Under the pieces are notes generated by a model. The model had not been told where the DNA came from. It made no database searches and saw only the letters and a list, made by a program, of their open reading frames with translations. Both the position numbers and the translations under genes were made by a program. From Candidatus Bathyarchaeota archaeon (GTDB taxonomy: Archaea; Thermoproteota; Bathyarchaeia; Bathyarchaeales; Bathycorpusculaceae), in contig OY969706.1 of assembly GCA_963702095.1 (NCBI GenBank), positions 640,001-704,000 of the forward strand: 64,000 nt of DNA. Reading direction: 5' to 3'. This document shows, one piece after another, positions 19,303-27,331 of this stretch (position 1 is its first letter; each line of letters starts with the position of its first letter).

Positions 19303-19598
19303 GGCTATCTTGCGCCGCAAACAAGTCTTTTCCAGTTTTATTCTTGTTTATGCCTTGCGTTAACTTTTTCTAGGTCTAGAAATATACCGTTATAGAAACC
19401 GTCTTTTATACTCAATCCATCCCGTTTTTTTATCAAAGCTAGCAAACTTGATATATAAAAGCCGATGAACAAGAAATTCCCTTGATTTTTGCAGTCCTAG
19501 AAATTTTTTGCCCCTAACGGTCTTGTCGAATTGACAGGCGTTAAGGTTAGATAGCTTTGTTGTTTTACCCCCTTCAGAGCTAATATCGGGGGGAAAGA

Positions 19599-19970
19599 AT
19601 GTTTACGGTTAATAACGGTACTCGGCTTCTAGTTTTCAGTGGACGAGAAGCCCGTTTAAACCGTGCTATTTTTCAGATAATGCGAAAGAAAGACTACTCT
19701 TGCTATGACATTTACAAAGAACTTCGCCACTTGAAAGAGTTTAGGCATGTGGATTATCGTACAGTTACAAGACGTATACAGGCGTTATTGAGGGAGAAAT
19801 GGATTGACGAGAGAGGAAGTAAACTAACTCAGCCAGGCTGGGATTCGATTATATATGGTTTAACGGTCAGAGCTGAGGCGGCTTTAGCTTTAGACAAAAT
19901 AAATTTAGATAGCTTCCTTGAAACAGTGTCTGACGATCAAATTCAAAGACTCATTGATTCTTTAAGATAA
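19599..19970 (+). CDS. wHTH protein, paralog of 21931-22323
   Basis: LVFSGREARLNRAIF...YDIYKELR...RRIQAL...W...YGLTVRAEAAL. Confidence 0.75.
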   Translation: MFTVNNGTRLLVFSGREARLNRAIFQIMRKKDYSCYDIYKELRHLKEFRHVDYRTVTRRIQALLREKWIDERGSKLTQPGWDSIIYGLTVRAEAALALDKINLDSFLETVSDDQIQRLIDSLR

Positions 19971-20162
19971 GTCTGTTTTAGATACATGGCTTTTTGGTCT
20001 ACGATAAGCCATGATGGCTTTGTGGAGATGGATGCTCTTTATGCTTAGTTACCAATCATCTCCCTGATGATCTGCATGATTTCAGTACTTACCGAGTGCT
20101 GTTATTCAGTTTGCTCTAAGGGGGATTGCTAGCTGGAACTCAATAAAATTCTTGCTTCCTCT

Positions 20163-20420
20163 TTGAGACAAAAAATTATCGAGGAACTCTCATCAACAAG
20201 GGAAATTCGGGTGATGAAATTAGCACAAAGGGTTAATAGTACTTACAATGATTTGAACAGGAACCTTGTCACATTAGAAAAAGAGGGTATAATAATTAAT
20301 GAGTATAGAGAAGTGGTAAGGCACGGAAGAATTAGAATATTACGTCTTAATATGGATAATGAAAAAACAAAAGTTCTTCTAATTGTGTTGAAAGCCATTA
20401 AACCAAACGGCAGTAGTTAG
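20163..20420 (+). CDS. ArsR-like wHTH protein (probably starts upstream, about 20133)
   Basis: (ILASS)LRQKIIEEL...VMKLAQRVNSTYNDLNRNLVTLEKEGII. Confidence 0.7.
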   Translation: MRQKIIEELSSTREIRVMKLAQRVNSTYNDLNRNLVTLEKEGIIINEYREVVRHGRIRILRLNMDNEKTKVLLIVLKAIKPNGSS

Positions 20421-20560
20421 AGTAGCTACGCCCCAAACCCATTTTTAGTTAGGTTCAGCGTTTCCTAAAATCTCTAGTTATCCTGTTTATGGTAGTATCC
20501 TGTTTTGGCTCTCAAGCCATTAATGCTTAATCGCAGAATTGTTTTCTTGGCGATTTAGCT

Positions 20561-21478
20561 ATGTCTCAGGATGGCTCTGGCTGTAAGGATTGTAAGCATG
20601 TTCGGGAGCACGTATCTTCGGTTCTTCCCTTCAAAGTCCTTGAAGCAGTAGCAGAGAAGCCCTTACGAATCGGCGGAGTTGCATTGGCCGCTGGAATGTC
20701 TAGGAACTTTAACGTTTATACGCCTGAAGAACTCCGAGCTTTTGCTGACAAGTTGGTTGATGCCCCTGTCTATATTGAGCATGTGGCTGTTGATTCGGCT
20801 GTTGGAAAAGTAACCAAGTGCAACTACGATGCCGCTGCTCGATGTCTAAATTATGAGGCTGAGATTTATGACGCTGCCACCGCTGATAAAATTAGAAATG
20901 GACTCGTTCAGCACGTTAGTGTCGGCGCTGACTACAACACGCTTGACGTAGTGGACGCCAAAGTTCCGCACGGCCTATTCAATCCCGAGTTATCGCTTGT
21001 TGCCGTTCCAGGTGTGCCTGAAACTAACGTTCAGGTACTAGAGCATCTTGCAACGGGTAAGAATCCTGTACAATTGGCAGAGAAAGACTTGAATTTAATC
21101 GCTGAAAAGGTCGCTGCAAAAGTAAACGGACAGAACACGGAAACAATCGAGAACCTCAAATTACAGATTTCAGAAGCTAACACAAAGTTATCTGACACAG
21201 AGAGCAAATGCAAGACCGCTGAGAATACCTGCGATGAGGCAAAAAACCAGCTGTCTACTGCTAACAAAACCATCGAGGAACTGCGAAAGAAGTTGCCCGG
21301 TGGAGGATTGCTAAAAAAGCCGTCAATTATGATTCCTCTCTCTGAGCATATTGCTTGCCTTGAGCGTTTGTTGCCTTCTCAAATGGTGCAACGTTCAAGC
21401 TTGGGCATGCAACGTATCTGTCAATCTATCCGCTCAGAAGTTTTTAAGGCAAAAGAACGCTTGGGGCGTGGACCTTAG
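20561..21478 (+). CDS. Viral prohead protease/scaffold-like protein
   Basis: IGGVAL..GMSRN..VYT.EEL, VYIEH, HVSVG and ELSLVAVPG protease-like motifs, followed by a long coiled coil. Confidence 0.7.
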   Translation: MSQDGSGCKDCKHVREHVSSVLPFKVLEAVAEKPLRIGGVALAAGMSRNFNVYTPEELRAFADKLVDAPVYIEHVAVDSAVGKVTKCNYDAAARCLNYEAEIYDAATADKIRNGLVQHVSVGADYNTLDVVDAKVPHGLFNPELSLVAVPGVPETNVQVLEHLATGKNPVQLAEKDLNLIAEKVAAKVNGQNTETIENLKLQISEANTKLSDTESKCKTAENTCDEAKNQLSTANKTIEELRKKLPGGGLLKKPSIMIPLSEHIACLERLLPSQMVQRSSLGMQRICQSIRSEVFKAKERLGRGP

Positions 21479-21555
21479 TTTATGCTCACTTTTGTGGGGC
21501 TAGCTGGCCAAGAACGACCTTGGCTGAACGTTAAAACTTTTGGAGATTATTTTGG

Positions 21556-21786
21556 ATGGCTGATAAAACAGGTAAGCCTTGGATGGCTGCTGGCGAAACT
21601 GACGATCCAAATGCAGTCATTGAAAGTTATGCGGCCAATGGCGCAGTTATAAAGGGGTCACCTGTCGAATTAACAAATGATGGCAAAGTGACGGCTACTC
21701 CTACCACTTGGTATGGCTTTGGCATTGCTGTTAAAGCCGCTGCGGATGGCGAGCAGGTTCTATCAAACATTCTAGAACCAATTTAA
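21556..21786 (+). pseudogene. Truncated capsid cement/head-decoration-like protein
   Basis: YAANGAVIKGSPVEL..DGKV...GFGIAVKAAADGEQV, then an abrupt end. No major capsid gene follows. Confidence 0.55.
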
Positions 21787-21930
21787 CCGCTCTATAAAGC
21801 GGAAAAGGCGATTATACAGTCTTCCAACTTACGCCCATTTTCCTCTACATGAAAGGAGCAGGCGTGCCTCTGCATGGCATGCCAAAGCACCCAGCTTTTG
21901 CTCTTCTGCCCGTCGGGGGAGTAGACATCT

Positions 21931-22323
21931 GTGACTCGGAAGAGATGCAAGGGCACAGAACTGAAAGTGTTTAGCGGCAGAGAGGCTGCCCTAAACTTTG
22001 TCATCTTTCTGGTTCTCTACCCAGAGGGCAAACTTTTGGCAAGTTATGACGTATTCAGAGAGGTTAGAGCCGTCAAAGGCTTCAGACGCAAAGGAAGACA
22101 AAACATTGACCGGCGACTGAAGGCTCTTTTCAAGCAGCACTGGCTAGAATTAGAAGGCACAAGGACTATACGTGCACATTTTTCCGTTACACCCCTCTAC
22201 AAGTTGAGCCTAAGAGGCAGGGCAGCCTTAGAGCTAAGTAAAAAAGACCTCAACGTTTTTCTTCAAATAGCGCCCGAAGACCAACTCCAAAAGCTAATAG
22301 ATGCACTAAAGATGTATCCGTAA
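21931..22323 (+). CDS. wHTH protein, paralog of 19599-19970
   Basis: LKVFSGREAALNFVIF...YDVFREVR...RRLKAL...W...YKLSLRGRAAL. Confidence 0.75.
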   Translation: MTRKRCKGTELKVFSGREAALNFVIFLVLYPEGKLLASYDVFREVRAVKGFRRKGRQNIDRRLKALFKQHWLELEGTRTIRAHFSVTPLYKLSLRGRAALELSKKDLNVFLQIAPEDQLQKLIDALKMYP

Positions 22324-22348
22324 CAGAATAGTCTCGTTGCTAACCCCT

Positions 22349-22369
22349 ACAACGAGATGATCTCGTTGT
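22349..22369. promoter_or_regulatory. Perfect 10-bp inverted repeat (operator candidate) upstream of the integrase operon
   Basis: ACAACGAGAT-G-ATCTCGTTGT, plus an extra half-site TCTCGTTG at 22332-22339. Confidence 0.5.
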
Positions 22370-22422
22370 GTCGATAGATAGTTTTTACGTTTAGCCTGAG
22401 AGTTGGTCAAGGTGAAAAAGGC

Positions 22423-22683
22423 TTGGTTAAACCCCAAAAAGTAACTGTACAAGAAATCATCAGAGACATCGGCGCTATCCTAAACAAGATCAACCGTGTA
22501 CTAAACGACCACGAGCAAAGACTGCAGCTTATCGAAGAGTTAGCCCTCAAGTCTGAGCTTGAACTACTCAAAAACCGAATTCTATCTATTTCTGACCAGA
22601 ACAAGCAGAAGGAAGCTTTGCAGGCGTTCAAGAATCTGTGCGATACGCTTGGAATCTCGGATTTAGACGTTGTCAAATCATAG
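22423..22683 (+). CDS. Hypothetical coiled-coil protein
   Basis: 86-aa ORF with AAGGTGA upstream; co-oriented with the integrase. Confidence 0.55.
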   Translation: MVKPQKVTVQEIIRDIGAILNKINRVLNDHEQRLQLIEELALKSELELLKNRILSISDQNKQKEALQAFKNLCDTLGISDLDVVKS

Positions 22684-22701
22684 GCTGTTGGGTGGGAGGG
22701 A

Positions 22702-23172
22702 ATGGCTGAACTTACATCAAACGTGACACAACCCCCAGGCAGCATTGGAGGCACAAACTGTAAGTCATCCCTGAAAGGGGATGCAGGCACCAGCTCCCCA
22801 AACCCATCTCAGCAACTGATTTTTGTCCGCTACCTAGACCATGTCCTCTACAACCGCAATTATGCTGTTTTGATGAAACCGCAGACAAGAGAAGCCGTCG
22901 GCTGGCTAGTCTACGATTGCGAGTTGTACCTCGTTTTATCTTGGGATAGAGACGCTGAGCCGCCTACGCTTCATGGCGGCGACCCTAAAGCTTCTGGTTT
23001 GGTGCTTCTGAAAAGCGATATTTTGGACTTGCAACTGTTTACGGTGGGTTTGCAGTCTCTACCAGAAAATTATGAATTGAATTTAAAAAGCAAACAAGCC
23101 ATACAAGAGGTTGAGTATGCGTTCCGACCATCGGAGCGAAAAACTCTAAGAGAAGGAGTCAAGAAAAAATGA
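22702..23172 (+). CDS. Hypothetical protein coupled to the integrase
   Basis: GGGAGGG upstream; VRYLDH...REAVGWLV motif; ATGA overlap with the integrase start. Confidence 0.65.
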   Translation: MAELTSNVTQPPGSIGGTNCKSSLKGDAGTSSPNPSQQLIFVRYLDHVLYNRNYAVLMKPQTREAVGWLVYDCELYLVLSWDRDAEPPTLHGGDPKASGLVLLKSDILDLQLFTVGLQSLPENYELNLKSKQAIQEVEYAFRPSERKTLREGVKKK

Positions 23173-24686
23173 GCAACATCAGACTAGCACCGCCTATCAT
23201 CCGCAAACAGCAACTAACCATCGAAGACATAAAAGACCTCAAGCTGCCAATCGAAATCTTAAGCGACAAAATCATCATCACACGCAGCCTAAGAAACTGG
23301 AAACTCCAACAACCAATCACACTGGAACTAAGCAAAGTCTTAGACGCCAAAGAAAAAGGACTCGTAAACTACATCATAACCAGCTTCATCAGCGACCGAC
23401 CCGCCCTTCTACCATTCGTTTTCGACAATCAAAGCCTAATCAAACTCGCCAGACACCTACTGCGTCACTACAGTGGAAGCTACAAAAGCTGCCTCGTCTA
23501 CACAGTCAACTTCTATAGATACTCCACATGGCTCGGCTACTCCCCTGACCTAATCATAGCAGACCTAAAACCAGTAGGAAACATTCCTGACCCCCAACGC
23601 GTACAAAACCACACCGGATACCTCAACGACTACTTAGCACAGCTGCAAGACGACGGACTTAAACCCGGAGGCGTAGAGAACCGCATCAAAGCCGTAAAAA
23701 CCTTCTACCGCGTCAACGGCGTAAAAATTGAGCTCACCGAACCCCTAAGCCGACGAGTCGTCTACAAAGACCGAGCACCAAAACCTGAAGAACTCGCAAC
23801 CATGCTGGACTTAACCGATCTACGCGGCAAAGTCATCGTTTCATGCCTCGCACTAGGCGGTTTCCGAGAAGAAACCTTTTCCAAACTGCTCTACCGACAT
23901 GTCAAAGACGACTTAGAAGCAGGGACCATACCCATCCACGTACACGTCGAAATCGAAATAACCAAAGGCAAATACCACGACTACGACACGTTCCTAGGCG
24001 CCGAAGCCGCATACTACCTAAAACTCTACCTCGACCAACGCAGAAAAGGCACAAAAAAAGTCCCACCCGAAAACATAACCTACGACTCACCTTTAATCCG
24101 CGATGAAACCCGCCGAACCCCAAAAAGCATAAGCACCAAACAACTCCGAAAAATCGTACACGAACTCTACTTCAAAGCAGGCTTTATCAAACCCAACAAA
24201 ACAGGCGCAATGTACGACCTCCGCGTTCATAGCATACGCAAATACTTCAAAACCCAACTAATCGCACTTGGCGTTCAAGAAGACTACGCTGATTACTTTA
24301 TGGGCCACACAGTAGACACCTACCACGACATTCAAAGCCTCGGCATCGACAAACTACGCACCATCTACGCCGCAGCAGGCTTAGCCATACGCAAAAAAAC
24401 AGCAATCAGCAAAATCGACACCATAAAAGAAATGATACGGGCATTAGGCGAAAACCCAGAGCAGCTACTGACACGAGAAGCGCTGTCCAGAGGCAACCAC
24501 ACAGAGCTAAACATCGAAGATCATCAGGTTGGCGTGCTTACTGAGGAGTTAGTGAAGTTGATCCGCCAAACAGCGGACAGTACAAATGCTCATCGGGAAT
24601 GGTGCTACGGGCAGGATTCGAACCTGCGAACCCCTGCGGGAAAGGATATCCCATCCGTGGGGCCAGACCTGCCGGCCAAACGTTGA
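23169..24686 (+). CDS. Tyrosine recombinase/integrase
   Basis: Catalytic residues in GGFREET (R), TKGK (K), VHSIRK (HxxR) and FMGH...TY; adjacent to att and tRNA. Confidence 0.93.
   Translation: MSNIRLAPPIIRKQQLTIEDIKDLKLPIEILSDKIIITRSLRNWKLQQPITLELSKVLDAKEKGLVNYIITSFISDRPALLPFVFDNQSLIKLARHLLRHYSGSYKSCLVYTVNFYRYSTWLGYSPDLIIADLKPVGNIPDPQRVQNHTGYLNDYLAQLQDDGLKPGGVENRIKAVKTFYRVNGVKIELTEPLSRRVVYKDRAPKPEELATMLDLTDLRGKVIVSCLALGGFREETFSKLLYRHVKDDLEAGTIPIHVHVEIEITKGKYHDYDTFLGAEAAYYLKLYLDQRRKGTKKVPPENITYDSPLIRDETRRTPKSISTKQLRKIVHELYFKAGFIKPNKTGAMYDLRVHSIRKYFKTQLIALGVQEDYADYFMGHTVDTYHDIQSLGIDKLRTIYAAAGLAIRKKTAISKIDTIKEMIRALGENPEQLLTREALSRGNHTELNIEDHQVGVLTEELVKLIRQTADSTNAHREWCYGQDSNLRTPAGKDIPSVGPDLPAKR
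24600..24617. repeat. att direct repeat, right boundary (tRNA 3' end)
   Basis: Identical to 10230-10247. Confidence 0.92.
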
Positions 24687-24727
24687 TCTTGAGTCCTTCA
24701 CCTTTGACCTGGCTTGGTTACCGTAGC
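24600..24727 (-). tRNA. tRNA-Leu(CAA) with a 40-nt intron (24648-24687) at position 37/38; CCA encoded
   Basis: GCTACGG/CCGTAGC acceptor stem, AAGGA-CT-CAA-G^A-TCCTT anticodon arm, long variable arm, GGTTCGAATCC T-loop, ACCA end. Confidence 0.95.
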
Positions 24728-25003
24728 CCAATGCAGTACCAACATGGTTGGGTTCTGACTTATTAATCATTTCCCACTGTCTTAGTTGGATGTTCAGTCA
24801 AGGAATAGGGCATATTTGACTTCTAATATCCAACCTATGCACTGCACCTATAGAGGGGAGAGTCCACGGCATCATATCTGGAGCCTATTAGAAACTATAT
24901 GCAGAAACCTATAGAGGGTAGAGCCTATTGACCAAAAAAGCAGCCAAAAAACGGTCTGACTACCACAAAAGTAAAAACATTACACCACCATACATATGGC
25001 TGC

Positions 25004-25894
25004 ATGCCCACCCAGCACCGAATCGTCCTCGGCAACAGCCAACAAATGCCTGAACTCGCCGACGGCTGTGTCCACTTGATGGTTACTTCTCCGCCGTACC
25101 CTATGATTGCGATGTGGGATGAACTCTTCTGCCAAGACCCCGCAGTCAAGAAGCTATGGTGTAAACTCGACGGGGACAAAGACGACGAAGCGGTGCGGCA
25201 AATCTACGACGCCATGCACCAAAGCCTCGCAGAAGTCTGGGCGGAAGCTTACCGTGTCCTAACCGACGGCGGCATAGCAGCCATAAACATCGGCGACGCC
25301 ACCCGCCGTGTAAACGGCAGATTCCAGCTTTTCCCCAACCATAGCCGCGTCATCGAAGCCTGCGAAAAAACTGGCTTCACCACCTTACCCTACATTCTAT
25401 GGAAGAAACCAACGAACCGCCCAAAGTACAAGGGCAAAGGCGCCTTCCTCGGCTCAGGCTTTCTTCCCCCAAACGCCTATGTCACCTTGGACTGCGAGTT
25501 TATTCTGCTTTTCCGCAAGGGGAAACTGCGTAAATTCGAGCCCCACCACGCCGAGCGTTATGAAAGTAAGTTTACGAAGGCGCAGCGGGATGAGTGGTTT
25601 AGCCAAATCTGGGAGTTCAAAGGCACTAGGCAGACGGTGGATGAGTTAGAGCGCCGAACGGCAGCTTACCCCGACGAGGTTGCAGAGCGGCTTATCCGCA
25701 TGTTCAGCGTCAGAGGCGAATTGGTACTGGACCCGTTTTTGGGTTCAGGTACGACAACGAAGGTTGCTATACAAAACGACCGTAATAGTATCGGGTATGA
25801 AATGGATTCACAGCTACAGCCCACTATAGAAGAGCAAATTGGGAAGGCAAAAATAGCCAAAGCCGCATACGTAAACATAACCAAACGCCCATAG
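25004..25894 (+). CDS. Site-specific DNA methyltransferase (N4-C/N6-A, beta class)
   Basis: TSPPY catalytic motif precedes the VLDPFLGSGTT SAM-binding motif. Confidence 0.9.
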   Translation: MPTQHRIVLGNSQQMPELADGCVHLMVTSPPYPMIAMWDELFCQDPAVKKLWCKLDGDKDDEAVRQIYDAMHQSLAEVWAEAYRVLTDGGIAAINIGDATRRVNGRFQLFPNHSRVIEACEKTGFTTLPYILWKKPTNRPKYKGKGAFLGSGFLPPNAYVTLDCEFILLFRKGKLRKFEPHHAERYESKFTKAQRDEWFSQIWEFKGTRQTVDELERRTAAYPDEVAERLIRMFSVRGELVLDPFLGSGTTTKVAIQNDRNSIGYEMDSQLQPTIEEQIGKAKIAKAAYVNITKRP

Positions 25895-25903
25895 TGGAAT
25901 GCC

Positions 25904-26356
25904 GTGAACGCAATCGTTGTTTATTCGACCCATCGTGGCAACACCGAAAAAGTAGCCCAAGCAGTAGCCGCCCAAGCAAACTGCAAAGCGGTAAAATTAA
26001 CCGAAAACTTTGACGCTTCAACCCTGCCCTTGGATGGCTACGACTTGGTTTTCTTCGGCACAGGCATCAGAGGCGGCGAACCCTACACGGAGCTACTGAA
26101 CTATCTAAAAGCGGTCGAACTCAAAGAGGGCAGCAAACGGTTTTTGCTGTTTATGACGTGGGCAGGCGGCGGCGCAAGCAACAAACTGGTTTATGAGAGT
26201 GTTAAGAAGGCTGTTGAAGCAAGGGGGCAGCGGTTGGAGGCGGATTATTTTATTTGTTTAGGGCAGACGTTTGGTTTTACTCATCGGGGCAGACCAAACG
26301 CCGGCGACTTAGCAGAAGCCAAAAAGTGGGCGACACAACAGATAGGCAATCCCTAA
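25904..26356 (+). CDS. Flavodoxin family protein
   Basis: IVVYSTHRGNTEKVAQAV and YDLVFFGTG motifs. Confidence 0.85.
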   Translation: MNAIVVYSTHRGNTEKVAQAVAAQANCKAVKLTENFDASTLPLDGYDLVFFGTGIRGGEPYTELLNYLKAVELKEGSKRFLLFMTWAGGGASNKLVYESVKKAVEARGQRLEADYFICLGQTFGFTHRGRPNAGDLAEAKKWATQQIGNP

Positions 26357-26470
26357 TCCATAGAAAAGTCGGCTCTCAACAATCTGCACTGTTTAAGCCA
26401 GGCTTTTTAAGTTAAATCACCCTCAACACCGCTTTTTCCATGGAAAGCGGCACTTTTTAATAGAGCTTCA

Positions 26471-26809
26471 ATGAATAGCAACCCAAAGGTTACCTTGGTG
26501 CCTAAAAAAACCTCAACCGACAAACCCTACGGCTTCGGCAACACCAACCGCCGTTTTCCCCATGCGAAACGCCAAAAAGGCAGCATCGCCAAAGACCGCT
26601 TTGCCTACGATCAAGCTATGCAGGGTAATGACTGCAAAAAGCTGGGGCGGGGCGGCGATTTTGTGGTGCAGCGGCGTGATTTCTTCGGTGGGGCAGAGGG
26701 TGAAGCCACGGTGGTTGATGTTAAGGCGGGTGATTCGAGGGTGACTGAGGCGCAGATGCAGCGTAGGCGGCGGTTGGGACGCAATCGGTATAGAACTGTG
26801 CGTTACTAG
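26471..26809 (+). CDS. Small PD-(D/E)XK nuclease-like protein
   Basis: GGDFVV...VVDVKAG.S.VTEAQ motif arrangement. Confidence 0.45.
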   Translation: MNSNPKVTLVPKKTSTDKPYGFGNTNRRFPHAKRQKGSIAKDRFAYDQAMQGNDCKKLGRGGDFVVQRRDFFGGAEGEATVVDVKAGDSRVTEAQMQRRRRLGRNRYRTVRY

Positions 26810-26830
26810 AAATGGAGAAAAATTGGTGTT

Positions 26831-26959
26831 TTGCTTGCGGATTTGTCCACAACTTGCTTGCAATGTGGCCTAGATGCTGAGGCAGAAAAGCAGTCGCCAG
26901 ACAAACCCACAGGAAGAAGAAGAGCAAGGGCGACTCTGCCTTCATCTAACACTAGAAAA
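26831..26959. repeat. Dispersed 129-bp intergenic repeat, copy 2 (most divergent)
   Basis: TTGCTTGC...GAAGAAGAAGAGCAAGGGCGACTCT...ACTAGAAAA; same length and register as copies 1 and 3. Confidence 0.65.
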
Positions 26960-27331
26960 AAACAAAAAATAACCATAACGAGGTCAATTAGTTTCGCCTC
27001 TCAAAGACAGATACTTTTTGCGTCAACGAGCCGCTTTTTTGTTTTGATTCCTGTTTTTCGCCTTATGCAACCTTAAGACTGCTGGTTTTTAAGCACCGGG
27101 CTGCATTAAAGTGTAGAAGTCTTTGTCTTCTCGCGCATTGTCCATAAAAAAGTTTATTAGAAAGGTATGAAGCATGTGTTTGTGCTCTTAGAAAAGTTCG
27201 CGTTCGGAGATTCCTTTTTCGAAGTTGGCCAACCAGCATCGGAGGAAATGTAAGCTTGAAAAACACCCCACTACCCAAAAATCACGGTAACCATTATACT
27301 TTTATGTTAAATTTATGGGAGAATTAAAAAT

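Larger units (their letters stand above)
10230..24617. mobile_element. 14.4-kb tRNA-Leu-integrated element; defective provirus or satellite-like
   Basis: Exact 18-bp terminal direct repeats, tyrosine integrase at the tRNA end, head-morphogenesis-like remnants, many HTH genes, and AT-rich cargo. Confidence 0.9.
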
